Assembly: GCA_965214935.1 (NCBI GenBank)
Contig: CBDCCS010000015.1
Location: 17,791-81,790, forward strand
Reading direction: 5' to 3'
Source: Candidatus Velthaea sp.
GTDB lineage: Bacteria > Vulcanimicrobiota > Vulcanimicrobiia > Vulcanimicrobiales > Vulcanimicrobiaceae
Length of the DNA stretch: 64,000 bases
In this document: positions 9,227 to 18,817 of the stretch, in pieces
How the letters are laid out: each line of letters starts with the position of its first letter
How positions within the stretch are numbered: position 1 is the stretch's first letter
Position numbers and translations under genes: made by a program
The notes under the pieces: generated by a model
What the model was told of the DNA's origin: nothing
Seen by the model: the letters and a program-made list of their open reading frames with translations, nothing else
The model's database searches: none

Positions 9227-10477
9227 CTAACGCACCGTGACGAGCAAGGATTCGAGGGCCAGTACGAGCGCAACCGGCATTACCAGTGCGCCGACACGTA
9301 GAAACGTTAAGGCACTGATTTCTATTCGTTCGCGGCGCAGCGCAATGAGCCAGAGGACCGTCGCCAGCGATCCGGTTACCGACAAATTCGGACCGAGATC
9401 GATGCCGATCGCGACCGCGCTGCGCAACGCGTCGTGACCGTGCAGCGCGGTCAGGCTCGATCCGGCGATCAAGCCGGCCGGCAAATTATTCACCGCATTC
9501 GTTACCAGCGCCGTAACGCCGCCCGCTCCAAGCACGCCGAGAGCGGCCGGCCACATCCCGGTCGCGTCTACCGCCGCTCGGGTCAGTTGCAGGAAGCCGG
9601 TTCGCTCGATGCCCTCGACGAGCACGAACAGGCCTGCAACCAACGCCAGCACCGACCACGATACGGTGCGAACCACGTCAAAACCGGCGCGCCGGTCGCG
9701 TAGGAGCACAGCGCCGAACACGGCGGCCCCCGCAAGACAAGTGACGATGCCCAGCGGTGCGCCGAGCGCCGAGGCAACGATGAGCGCAAGCGCCGTCGCA
9801 CCAATGCCCGATAAGGCGATGCGCCCGTTGGCGCTCAAGGCGGCAGCATCGATATCGGTGTCGATCGTCCCGCGCAGATCGGCCCGCGAAACGAGCAGCA
9901 GCAACAGAAACGTGGCGCCGATGGCCGCCAACGACGGCAAGCTGAACGTCCGCAACCACGCCGCGAGCGGCGGCATACGCGCTGCGAACACCACGAGGTT
10001 GGCTGGATTCGATATCGGCAACACGAAGCTCGCCGCATTGGCGATGAAAGCGCATGCCAGCAGGTAGGGCACCGGCTCGGCACGCGCCTTCCGCACGACT
10101 GCAGCGACGGCCGGCGTGAGAACGACCGCCGTTGCATCGTTCGACAACACCGTCGTGACGATGATGCCGACGCCGTAAACAAGCACGAACAGCCGCCGTC
10201 GCGAGCCGTTCGCCGCGGCAACCGCGCGTCCGGCGATCCAATCGAAAACGCCTTCCCGGCGGGCAAGCTCCGCCAGCACCATCATACCGGTTAAAAACAA
10301 ATAGACGTCCGTTCCGCGTCCGACGGCTCGCATGAAAGCGGCCGGGGACAGCAGTCCGGTGACAACGAGCAGCACTGCACCGCCGAGCGCCCAGATCCAC
10401 TCGGCAATCGCCGCCGGACGAAACAAGACACCGGCGACGCTCAGCGCGCAGATCGCCCAAATTGCCGCGTCGGTTAT
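9227..10477 (-). CDS. ArsB/NhaD-family (arsenic transporter-like) permease
   Basis: LSNDATAVVLTP, FIANAASFVLPISNPANLV, NNLPA and GPNLSVTGSLAT; start uncertain (possible ATA at 10477 overlapping the upstream TAA). Confidence 0.85.
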   Translation of the reverse strand: MTDAAIWAICALSVAGVLFRPAAIAEWIWALGGAVLLVVTGLLSPAAFMRAVGRGTDVYLFLTGMMVLAELARREGVFDWIAGRAVAAANGSRRRLFVLVYGVGIIVTTVLSNDATAVVLTPAVAAVVRKARAEPVPYLLACAFIANAASFVLPISNPANLVVFAARMPPLAAWLRTFSLPSLAAIGATFLLLLLVSRADLRGTIDTDIDAAALSANGRIALSGIGATALALIVASALGAPLGIVTCLAGAAVFGAVLLRDRRAGFDVVRTVSWSVLALVAGLFVLVEGIERTGFLQLTRAAVDATGMWPAALGVLGAGGVTALVTNAVNNLPAGLIAGSSLTALHGHDALRSAVAIGIDLGPNLSVTGSLATVLWLIALRRERIEISALTFLRVGALVMPVALVLALESLLVTVR

Positions 10478-11745
10478 GGGCGACGTCCGAGCATAACAGC
10501 GGCTTGAGCCGGGACGGGATGCCGACCGACAAACAAGACGATTGCGGCCGCGAGTATGCAGAGCACGCCCGAAGAGATGAACGCGGCGTCGTAACTGAGC
10601 GTGAGAGTACGAATGAGCCCGGCCAAGAACGCCGTTAGACCGGCGCCGAGTTGGTGGCCCGCGGCGATCCAGCCGAACATCAGCGGCGCGCGTGCGCGTC
10701 CGAACGCATTCGTGGCCAGCCGGAGCGTCGGCGGTACCGTGGCGATCCAATCCAAGCCGTAAAATATTGCAAAAACAGGCAAGCCGACGGCGGCGATCCC
10801 GAACGCTGCCGGCAAACACAGCAACGATATGCCGCGTAGACCGTAATAGGCAAAAAGCAACAAGCGGCTATCGTAACGATCGGAAAGCCAGCCGGAAGCC
10901 GTCGTACCGATCAAATCGAAAATACCCATTGCAGCGAGCAGACCGGCGGCCTGCACCGGCGCGATACCATGATCGCCGCAAGCCGGGACGAGATGCGTGC
11001 CGATCAGTCCATTCGTACTCGCGCCGCAGATGAAGAAACTGCCCGCAAGCAGCCAAAAGTCGCGCGACCGCGCGCCATCGCGCAATGCTTGCAGCGTCGT
11101 TACGAATGGATTTGTGCGCAAACGTTGCGGCGCGACGACCGCAGTCGCGCCGTAGGCCGGGATGCCGATATCCGCGGGATGTTCGCGGAGCAAGACCAGC
11201 ACCACGGGCACGAGCGTCAAGCAAATCGCCCCGAGTACCAGCACTTCGGCGCGCCAACCGCTGCGCGCGACCAGCAATCCGAAGAGCGGTAAGAAAACGA
11301 GTTGTCCCGTCGCACTGCTGGCCGTTAAAATGCCCATAACCGTTCCGCGGTTCGTTTCGAACCAGCGATTGACGATCGTTGCGCCGAGAATCAGCCCGAC
11401 GCTGCCCGTCCCCGTCCCAACCATCGCACCCCAGGTAACGATCAATTGCCAAACCTGGGTCATCCAGGCGGACGCGCCTGCAGCGAGACCGAGCAACGCG
11501 AGCGCGGCGGCAACGATGCGCCGCACGCCGAAGCGTTCCATGATCGCGGCTGCAAATGGCCCGGCAAGACCGTAAAGCGCGATATTGATTCCGATCGCAG
11601 CCGAAATCGTCGCCGGAGTCCAGCCGAATTCGCGTTCGAGCGGGACGATGAACATCGTGGGGGCCGAACGAACGCCGGCCGCCGTAATCATCAGCGCAAA
11701 TGCAATTGCAGCAACGAGATACGCGTGATGCGCGCGAATGTTCAC
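10474..11745 (-). CDS. MFS transporter
   Basis: GVRSAP, VNRWF..RG, GQLVFLP, FFICGASTNGL and YGLDWIATVPPT; GTG overlaps the upstream TGA. Confidence 0.9.
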   Translation of the reverse strand: MNIRAHHAYLVAAIAFALMITAAGVRSAPTMFIVPLEREFGWTPATISAAIGINIALYGLAGPFAAAIMERFGVRRIVAAALALLGLAAGASAWMTQVWQLIVTWGAMVGTGTGSVGLILGATIVNRWFETNRGTVMGILTASSATGQLVFLPLFGLLVARSGWRAEVLVLGAICLTLVPVVLVLLREHPADIGIPAYGATAVVAPQRLRTNPFVTTLQALRDGARSRDFWLLAGSFFICGASTNGLIGTHLVPACGDHGIAPVQAAGLLAAMGIFDLIGTTASGWLSDRYDSRLLLFAYYGLRGISLLCLPAAFGIAAVGLPVFAIFYGLDWIATVPPTLRLATNAFGRARAPLMFGWIAAGHQLGAGLTAFLAGLIRTLTLSYDAAFISSGVLCILAAAIVLFVGRHPVPAQAAVMLGRRP

Positions 11746-12191
11746 GCCGGCTGTGCAAGAAACGCGCCGATCGCCTGCGCTGCAGCGTCGTTCCATGCTC
11801 CGTTGCGTCGAGCGAGAATAACCCCGCCAGGTTCGACCACGTAAACGACGATCGACGTTCGATCGACGATCTCGAGAGCGGTGCAGAATGCGTCGACGTC
11901 GGTGAACAACGGGACCATCGCAGCGCGCGCAGCGTCGGACGGTGCGGCCTTGCGCATCGTCGCAAGGATCATTGGTTTGAGCAGTTTCATCGCTTGGGCG
12001 ATGACGGCAAACACGCGGCCCTCGATGTGGCCGGAACGCACGTGGCGATCGACGAAACCGACCCATGTTTCGAGATCGGCGCGCTGCTCGAGATCGAAGG
12101 CCACCAAGACGATCGTGCGTTTGCGAAACGCCGCCGGAAAGACGAGGTGCTCTCCGCTAAGATTGTCGCCAGCGACGGCCGGAAATTGCAT
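11742..12191 (-). CDS. Hypothetical protein, ATP10/thioredoxin-like fold without CxxC
   Basis: FPAVAGDNLSGEHLVFP...VLVAF...EQ....TW...YVVEPGGVIL pattern; coupled to the MFS gene. Confidence 0.55.
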   Translation of the reverse strand: MQFPAVAGDNLSGEHLVFPAAFRKRTIVLVAFDLEQRADLETWVGFVDRHVRSGHIEGRVFAVIAQAMKLLKPMILATMRKAAPSDAARAAMVPLFTDVDAFCTALEIVDRTSIVVYVVEPGGVILARRNGAWNDAAAQAIGAFLAQPA

Positions 12192-12262
12192 GCCGTCGCT
12201 TTCCCGAAGCCATCGTCATCGCTCCTTTGCGTAAACGCGCGGCATGGTCGTGTGCCGAGTGC

Positions 12263-12838
12263 CTATTGCAAGATAACGTCGATCGGCTTACAACTGCCGT
12301 TATTCGATGCTTCGGACGAACATGCGGTGATGGCCACGATGAGATCGAATTCGGCACGCAGCACGAGTTCGTCGCCGGCTTTCGATAGCGGCGCACCGAT
12401 TTCGAGCCGCCCGCCGTCACGCACGTCCACTCGCATGAACGCATTGAGCGTTCCGCCGACATCATCAGACGTTACGCCGTATGGAGCGAGGGCTTCAGCG
12501 ATGTTGTTCAGGCAGCTCGGGTGGCCGGCTTGCCCGCGCAGTAAAAGAAACATCTCCGCACTGCACGGCGTCAATAACAGATCGTGAACGCCGACATCGT
12601 CGCTCACGATCGTGAACATCACTCGGCTGCGATTGGAATATAATCGATGGCCCGTCGTGATGCGAATCGTCTCGTTGTAATCCATCGTTCGCCCGGATGA
12701 GAACATCTCGCCGGCATCCGACATGCAAATCGCCGTAATGTCCGCAACTTGCTCGCCGAACGGATCGCAAACGTGCAGATGTTGCCCGGCGCGCATCGAA
12801 AAAGCGCGTCCGCTTTGCGGCGGTATTCGGACCGGCAT
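12263..12838 (-). CDS. Urea carboxylase-associated family protein (DUF1989, YcgI-like)
   Basis: GEQVAD, SSGRTMDYN, LYSNRS, HDLLLTPCS, HPSC, NAFM and TACS. Confidence 0.88.
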   Translation of the reverse strand: MPVRIPPQSGRAFSMRAGQHLHVCDPFGEQVADITAICMSDAGEMFSSGRTMDYNETIRITTGHRLYSNRSRVMFTIVSDDVGVHDLLLTPCSAEMFLLLRGQAGHPSCLNNIAEALAPYGVTSDDVGGTLNAFMRVDVRDGGRLEIGAPLSKAGDELVLRAEFDLIVAITACSSEASNNGSCKPIDVILQ

Positions 12839-12840
12839 CG

Positions 12841-13689
12841 TCAGTATACGGCAGGTGCAAACGGACAGCGCCAATCGGCTTCGACCGCACGGCCGGCGTA
12901 TTGTCGCGCTTCAGAAATCGAAACGGATTCGTCGAGCATCGGGTTGATCGTGCCTTGAAGTTCGGCGTCGGCTCGACGGATTACACGCTGCATGCGGCCG
13001 AAGCCACCGTTCGTTCGCAGCCGGTCGAATTGAAAGCGCGGATTGAATGCAAGTGCCGTGAACGGCAAGCGGCGCGACCAGCGTCCGCTCAACGGATGCA
13101 TGCCGACGACAAAGAAAGCCATTTCAGCAAAACTGTAAGCGAAATCAGGATGTTGCGGGTCGGCTTGCACCGTTGAATCCCAACGGTGAAAGCGTGCGTC
13201 GTATTCATGCAGCAGTTGCAGTTGTTGCCACAGCTCGCGCTCGAATATTTGCTCGGAATGTGCCGGCGAACCGGCGAACGTCGCAATGAACGTGGCGAAC
13301 GGATGAGCCGACGCACGCAACTCCGTCGCAAAGGTAAACAGATCGCGCGCCAATCCCGCCGTGACCGACCGATCGCCGAGCAGCGGGTAGTGCGCGGTTC
13401 GTAAAGCGTCGCGCCGAACGGCCGACTTTGCGCCGACGCACGGAAAGTCCGGATGTAAAATCGCCGCTCGCAACGTGAGATCGGCGAAATACGCTTCCTG
13501 CGACGCGGGTACGGCATCCGACAAACGCATCAGTCGACCGTCGATCTGCGTGCTGTATGCACTATGTTCGTAGGCAGCAGCACTGCTAAACGGATTGACC
13601 GACGTCGGTGAACCTTGTACGGAGCCGTGTAATCGTGCATCTGCTTGGCCATTCGGAGTATGGTCCAAGGCGGTGAACTGGCTTGCCAT
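12841..13689 (-). CDS. YqcI/YcgG family protein (GntA-like heme-dependent guanidine N-hydroxylase family)
   Basis: FPCVGAKSA, FERELWQQLQ.LH, FAYSF...FFVVGMHP, FNPRFQFDRLR and SEARQYAGR. Confidence 0.85.
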   Translation of the reverse strand: MASQFTALDHTPNGQADARLHGSVQGSPTSVNPFSSAAAYEHSAYSTQIDGRLMRLSDAVPASQEAYFADLTLRAAILHPDFPCVGAKSAVRRDALRTAHYPLLGDRSVTAGLARDLFTFATELRASAHPFATFIATFAGSPAHSEQIFERELWQQLQLLHEYDARFHRWDSTVQADPQHPDFAYSFAEMAFFVVGMHPLSGRWSRRLPFTALAFNPRFQFDRLRTNGGFGRMQRVIRRADAELQGTINPMLDESVSISEARQYAGRAVEADWRCPFAPAVY

Positions 13690-13797
13690 TATCCATTTGT
13701 ACCATCATTCGACCGAGTCAACCGCACTAAAATGCTAGTTTTCGCCGTGTCGAGACGGGTGTGAGTTGCTCGGCAGACGGGCAACTATGAACGCACT

Positions 13798-14247
13798 ATG
13801 CTCGACGCGATTCGCCTGTTCTCATTAACGTTTGCCATGCTTGCGGCGGCTACCGCAGCCGCCGGTGCGCAGTCCACGGCGCCGGTTTCGACGGATAGCA
13901 CGGCGGCCGCGAACCCGCCGGAGAATGAACTTATCACCACTCGCGTCACGCAAGAGTTCGACGCTTGGCGACGCGGCACGATCGACCGCAAGCATTACAC
14001 CGGCGCGGCGGGCGGCACGTATGACGAGTCGGTCGTGCGCGTCGTTACACCCGACCTTCAAGCGATCGGCCAGGTGCAATCGGCCACGTACCGTACGACG
14101 TCGCTCCTACTCGGCGACCTGTTCTACCGGTACGACATTGTCGGCAGTGCGGGCACGATTTCGGTCCTATACGTTCTCGACCAAACGGGTAAAGTCGACG
14201 GGGTTACCTTTACCCCGGAAATTTTCCGCCCGGGTGGCACCCCGTAG
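13798..14247 (+). CDS. Hypothetical secreted protein
   Basis: Signal-peptide-like N-terminus (LFSLTFAMLAAATAAAGA); plausible globular composition. Confidence 0.65.
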   Translation: MLDAIRLFSLTFAMLAAATAAAGAQSTAPVSTDSTAAANPPENELITTRVTQEFDAWRRGTIDRKHYTGAAGGTYDESVVRVVTPDLQAIGQVQSATYRTTSLLLGDLFYRYDIVGSAGTISVLYVLDQTGKVDGVTFTPEIFRPGGTP

Positions 14248-14249
14248 CG

Positions 14250-15629
14250 CTATGCGCTAACCGGCGTCTCGCCGACGAAATCATCGGCGACCCGACCGAG
14301 AATTTCGCCCATTGTCGGATGGAGGTGCGGCATATCGGCGACATCCTGCACGGTCGCACCGCGATCGATTAAAGCAATTGCTTCGCCGATGAGGTCGATC
14401 GCATCATCACCGACGATACCGATACCGACGATCGAGCCGTCATCAGCAGCAATCATCTTCACAAAGCCATGCGCCTGGTTTGACAACAGCGCTTTACCGA
14501 TGTCGCGAAATGGATGACGTTTGATGCGTACGGTCAACCCGCGGGCTCGGCATTGATCTTCGGTGAGGCCGGCGACCGCGAGTTGCGGTGACGTAAAAAC
14601 GGCATGTGTTTCAAACCGGTCGAAGTCGGCCCGCCGCGGATGTTCCGAAAATGCATTGAGCAACGCCAGTTTACCGGTATAGGCCGCCAGATGCACGAGG
14701 CAACGCCGCCCGATAACATCACCGGCGGCAAAGATTTTGGGATTCGTCGTGCGCAAATACGGATCGACGGCAAGTTGTCCGTCGCCTGCAATGACGCCGG
14801 CGGCTGCAAGATTCAAATTCTCAATGTTCGGACGGCGGCCCGTCGCGAGTAAAACGCTCTCAACGTGAACGCTGCCTGCTACGCCGTCGGCGACGTACGT
14901 GACGATCTTTCGATCGCCCGTCTTTGCGCAATGCTCGATTGCAGCATCGAACACAATGCTGACGCCGTCGGCACGCAGACCGGCGGCAATAACGCCGGCG
15001 AGTTCGCGATCCTCATTGCGCAGCAAGTGCGGGCCATCTTGCAACAAGGTTACTTCCGCGCCGAGCCGCGCGAAGTATTGCGCGAACTCGCAGCCGACGG
15101 GCCCACCGCCGATAACTGCGACCGACGCCGGGATGGCGGTAAGATCGAGCACGTCATCGCTAATGAGAAAACCCGTTTCGGCTAAACCGGGAATCGGCGG
15201 CGGAACGATGTGCGAACCGGTCGCAATGATGAAACGATCCGCACTGATATGTCGCTCGCCTGTTTCGATGGTGTCGCGCGCGATAAAGCGTGCACAGCCG
15301 CGCACGAGCGGATAGTCGGTTAAGTCGGCAACGCGATCTTCACGAAAGTATTCGACGAGCTCACGTTTACGCGCGATGATCGCCGGCACGTCGACGTGCA
15401 CCGGACCGGTCTTCACGCCGATCGCACTCGCGCCGTCGACGTCGCCGAGCCGTTCGGTCGAACTCAACAGTGTTTTCGCCGGCATGCATCCGCGTAAGAT
15501 GCAGGTACCGCCGAGGTCGCCGGGGCCGCTCACGACAACGAGTCGATAACCGCCCGCGCGCGCCGCTTCAGCAGCTGCAAACCCGGCGGTTCCGGCGCCG
15601 ATGATACATACGTCGTAGCGCTCGTTCAC
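14250..15629 (-). CDS. Class I pyridine nucleotide-disulfide oxidoreductase (dihydrolipoamide dehydrogenase-like)
   Basis: GAGTAG, GGTCILRGCMPAK redox disulfide, GGGPVG, AAGDV and HPTMGE. Confidence 0.88.
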   Translation of the reverse strand: MNERYDVCIIGAGTAGFAAAEAARAGGYRLVVVSGPGDLGGTCILRGCMPAKTLLSSTERLGDVDGASAIGVKTGPVHVDVPAIIARKRELVEYFREDRVADLTDYPLVRGCARFIARDTIETGERHISADRFIIATGSHIVPPPIPGLAETGFLISDDVLDLTAIPASVAVIGGGPVGCEFAQYFARLGAEVTLLQDGPHLLRNEDRELAGVIAAGLRADGVSIVFDAAIEHCAKTGDRKIVTYVADGVAGSVHVESVLLATGRRPNIENLNLAAAGVIAGDGQLAVDPYLRTTNPKIFAAGDVIGRRCLVHLAAYTGKLALLNAFSEHPRRADFDRFETHAVFTSPQLAVAGLTEDQCRARGLTVRIKRHPFRDIGKALLSNQAHGFVKMIAADDGSIVGIGIVGDDAIDLIGEAIALIDRGATVQDVADMPHLHPTMGEILGRVADDFVGETPVSA

Positions 15630-15668
15630 AGCCTGAAGTTACCCCCACCTCGCGCGATCGAATCGCTG

Positions 15669-18600
15669 CTACGGTTGACGCACCGCCACATCCGTCACGG
15701 CGTGTGCTTGAGCTAACGTTGTTTCAAGCGCGGCATGCAATTCCGCCGCAGCGCTCAAGTGAGCCGGCAACGGCGGCTGAAACGAGGCACCGAGCGCACC
15801 GATCAGACCGCCGATCCGTTCGCGCAAGCGGTCGGGCCGTCCGACACTGTCTTCGTCGTTGCGTGCATCGGATGTCAACTCCGCACGGACGGCATCAAGC
15901 CGCACGCGCCGCGCGCGCGCCGCCGGATCGGTCCGCTTTGCCAACTTCTTTTGTTCAGCGTCGATTGTGTTGAGCGCCGTGTCGATTTGCGCGTATTCGG
16001 CATATAACTGGTGCAGGAAAGCATGGCGCTCGTTGAGCTGATCGGCCGTCCACGGGCTCGCCGGATCGGCGGTCAGGACGAAGGCCTGCTCGTGCATCGC
16101 GCCGTCGATGAAGATCCGCGCGACGTAGTGGCCGGGCAGCGCTTCGGGGCCATCTTGCGGCCCGCGATTCGGCCGGGTTGTCCCATGCCAGGGAACCGGC
16201 GGCTCCTCCATCCCGTCCCAGGCAAGCCGATTGACCCCCGCATCATTGCTGACAAAGTATTTACGACCCTCGGCCGTATCGTACGAACCGGCAAGACGGC
16301 GCACGATGTTGCCGCCGGCATCGACGATATCGATGCGCGGACGAGCGTGCGCGCGCGTGCGTTGATAGAACGTCAGTAATGCACCCGGCGGTGGATTGGG
16401 ACCGACGAAATAGTTGTTTGGTAATGAGCCGCCGTCGCCGCTTTCGATCGGCGGCCACTGCGCGTAAAGCGTCGCCGGTCGGACGGCAAACAAATAGTTG
16501 CGGCTCGCACGCGCTTTCGCGAGCGCCTGAATCGGCGCCAGATCGTCGAGGATGTAAAGCCCGCTGCCGTGGGTTGCGACGATGAGATCGTTGGCGACCG
16601 GCTGAATGCGCAGATCGTAAACGGGCACCGTCGGCATATTCAATTGCAACCGTTGCCACGCGCCGCCGCGATCGAGCGAGATCCAGACTCCTGTTTCCGT
16701 TCCGGCGTAAAGCACGTTCGGATTTTTGAGATCTTGACGCACCGTACGCACCGGCGTATCGCGCGGGAGATTTGCACTGATCGAACGCCACGAAGCGCCG
16801 AAATTGTCGGTTACGAACAAATACGGCGCGCGGTCACCGAGATCGTGACGGTCGATATTGGCAAAGGCAGTTCCCGCCGCAAAGCGGCCCGGTTCCACCG
16901 ATTCGATCCGGCCGTACTTGGGCCACGCCGCGGAGCTTACGTTGGTCCAGTGAGCGCCGCCGTCACGCGTGAGCTGCACGAAGCCATCGTCGGTTCCCGA
17001 CCAGATAACACCGCCGTCGAGCGGCGACGGAGCGATGTCGAGCAGCGTGTCGTAGTACTCGGCGCCCGATACGTCGAGCGAAATCGGACCGCCCGACGCA
17101 CGCTGATGCGCTTTTTCATTACGCGTCAGATCGGGACTGATCGGCTGCCAATGCCGTCCGCGATCGGCGCTGCGAAAGACGACGTTCCCGCCGAAGTATG
17201 CAACGTGCGGATCTTGAGGCGAAAACGCTAAGGGCGAGTTCCAGTTGAAGCGATACGTGTTGGGCGCGAGACCTTGCCGCGTCGTAAACGGATCGCGCGG
17301 CACCGGCGACACATCGACGACTTGACGGGCTTTGCCGTCATAGATCGTTAGCACACCGTCTTGCGTATCGGTCCAAACCAGCGACGGATCGATCGGATCG
17401 GGCCACGCCCAGACGCCGTCACCGCCGGCTATCGAATGCCAGTCGCGGTCGAGGACGCCGATTCCGTTGCGTGAATTGGACGGCGCGCACCACGTACTAT
17501 TATCTTGCAGACCGGTGCAGACCGTGTACGGCGATTGCAAATCGTAACCGACGTGATACGTCTGCGCGAGCGCAATATTCGCGGGAGTTGCCCACGTCGA
17601 TCCGCCGTCGTTCGAGATGACGAATCCGCCGTCATTTCCCTCGATGATGCGTTTTCCGTCGGCCGACCACCACAGATCGTGATTGTCGGGATGCAGCGCG
17701 CCGGTCATGTGTTTGAACGTCGTGCCTCCGTTCTTGCTTTCCGTGAGATACATCGAGAGGCTGATCACACGCCGCTCGTTGCGCGGGTCGACCCGCAGGT
17801 GAGAAAAGTAAAACGGGCGTTGCCCGGGTAGCGTGTCACGATCGGTGATGCGCCACGTGTCGCCGGCATTATCGGAGCGCCAGATCACGCCGTCGGCCGC
17901 TTGAATGACGGCGTACACGCGCTGCGGATCGCTAGGGGCGACGGCGATGCCGATTCGCCCGGTTAAACCGGACGGCAAGCCGTGCCGGAGTTTCGTCCAG
18001 GTGCGGCCGTTGTCACGCGAACGATAGAGACCGCCGGCCGGACCGCCGCTGCGAAAAATCCACGGCTCGCGCCGGAACTGCCACATACCGGCATACACCG
18101 TATCGGGGTGGCGCGGATCCCATGCAATATCGGATGCCCCGGTCGACGGGCCGAGATACAACGTCTTCGTCCACGAGCGGCCGCCGTCGGTCGTGCGGTA
18201 GACGCCACGCGCCGAATCGTCTTTCCACGGATTTCCAAGCGCGGCGACGATCGCGGTTTGAGGCCGTCTGGGGTCGATGAGAATCTTTGCGATCTGCGAA
18301 GTGCCGTCGAGTCCGCGATGCTGCCACTTTTTTCCGCCATCGGTCGAACGCCAGATGCCGTCGCCGTACGAAACGTCATTGCGCGGATTTGCTTCGCCGG
18401 TGCCGACCCACACGTCGCGTTCGTCACGAGCCGAAACGGCGATCGCGCCGATGGCGCCGACCGGTTGTTTGGCAAAAACCGCAGTGAAACTCGTTCCGCC
18501 GTTTTGCGATTTGTAGACGCCGCCGCCCGCACCGCCGACGTAGTACAAAAATGGATCGCGGTCGCTACCGGCAACCGCGCTTACACGTCCACCCGAGATT

Positions 18601-18758
18601 GCGGGTCCAATCGAGCGATAGCGCAAGTGCGCGTAATCTGCGCCCGTTGTCGGAGCTTCGATCGCGCGGATTGCGCGCTGCGGATGAATGGTTGCCGCGC
18701 AAACGGGCGCAGCGCAAAGCAAGAGAGCGACGAGGAGCATGGGCGTGCGCATTGCCAT
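15669..18758 (-). CDS. Secreted VPS10/BNR-repeat (sortilin-like) beta-propeller glycosyl hydrolase-like protein
   Basis: Signal peptide; RSIGPAISGGRV; many Asp-box repeats (STDGG..W, TTDGG.SW, SRDNG.TW, SNDGG.TW). Confidence 0.88.
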   Translation of the reverse strand: MAMRTPMLLVALLLCAAPVCAATIHPQRAIRAIEAPTTGADYAHLRYRSIGPAISGGRVSAVAGSDRDPFLYYVGGAGGGVYKSQNGGTSFTAVFAKQPVGAIGAIAVSARDERDVWVGTGEANPRNDVSYGDGIWRSTDGGKKWQHRGLDGTSQIAKILIDPRRPQTAIVAALGNPWKDDSARGVYRTTDGGRSWTKTLYLGPSTGASDIAWDPRHPDTVYAGMWQFRREPWIFRSGGPAGGLYRSRDNGRTWTKLRHGLPSGLTGRIGIAVAPSDPQRVYAVIQAADGVIWRSDNAGDTWRITDRDTLPGQRPFYFSHLRVDPRNERRVISLSMYLTESKNGGTTFKHMTGALHPDNHDLWWSADGKRIIEGNDGGFVISNDGGSTWATPANIALAQTYHVGYDLQSPYTVCTGLQDNSTWCAPSNSRNGIGVLDRDWHSIAGGDGVWAWPDPIDPSLVWTDTQDGVLTIYDGKARQVVDVSPVPRDPFTTRQGLAPNTYRFNWNSPLAFSPQDPHVAYFGGNVVFRSADRGRHWQPISPDLTRNEKAHQRASGGPISLDVSGAEYYDTLLDIAPSPLDGGVIWSGTDDGFVQLTRDGGAHWTNVSSAAWPKYGRIESVEPGRFAAGTAFANIDRHDLGDRAPYLFVTDNFGASWRSISANLPRDTPVRTVRQDLKNPNVLYAGTETGVWISLDRGGAWQRLQLNMPTVPVYDLRIQPVANDLIVATHGSGLYILDDLAPIQALAKARASRNYLFAVRPATLYAQWPPIESGDGGSLPNNYFVGPNPPPGALLTFYQRTRAHARPRIDIVDAGGNIVRRLAGSYDTAEGRKYFVSNDAGVNRLAWDGMEEPPVPWHGTTRPNRGPQDGPEALPGHYVARIFIDGAMHEQAFVLTADPASPWTADQLNERHAFLHQLYAEYAQIDTALNTIDAEQKKLAKRTDPAARARRVRLDAVRAELTSDARNDEDSVGRPDRLRERIGGLIGALGASFQPPLPAHLSAAAELHAALETTLAQAHAVTDVAVRQP

Positions 18759-18817
18759 ACGGTTGGCCTCGCGCGATAAGCGCTCCTCGGCTTGTGACGG
18801 CGCCGCGCCGACGGCCG

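Noticed and set aside
9227..10819. Long N-terminal extensions in track ORFs (also 10474-12066, 18818-19798, 21184-22461, 37562-39148, 38782-41349)
   Set aside because: The extensions overlap real neighbouring genes and lack family-like sequence; starts were trimmed
13690..13797. Guanidine riboswitch upstream of the YqcI/YcgG-DUF1989 pair
   Set aside because: I could not match guanidine-I, -II or -III consensus features by eye; an Infernal search is needed
14250..15629. Mercuric reductase (merA)
   Set aside because: No C-terminal Cys-Cys pair, no NmerA domain and no mer genes; the HPTMGE motif fits lipoamide-dehydrogenase-like enzymes
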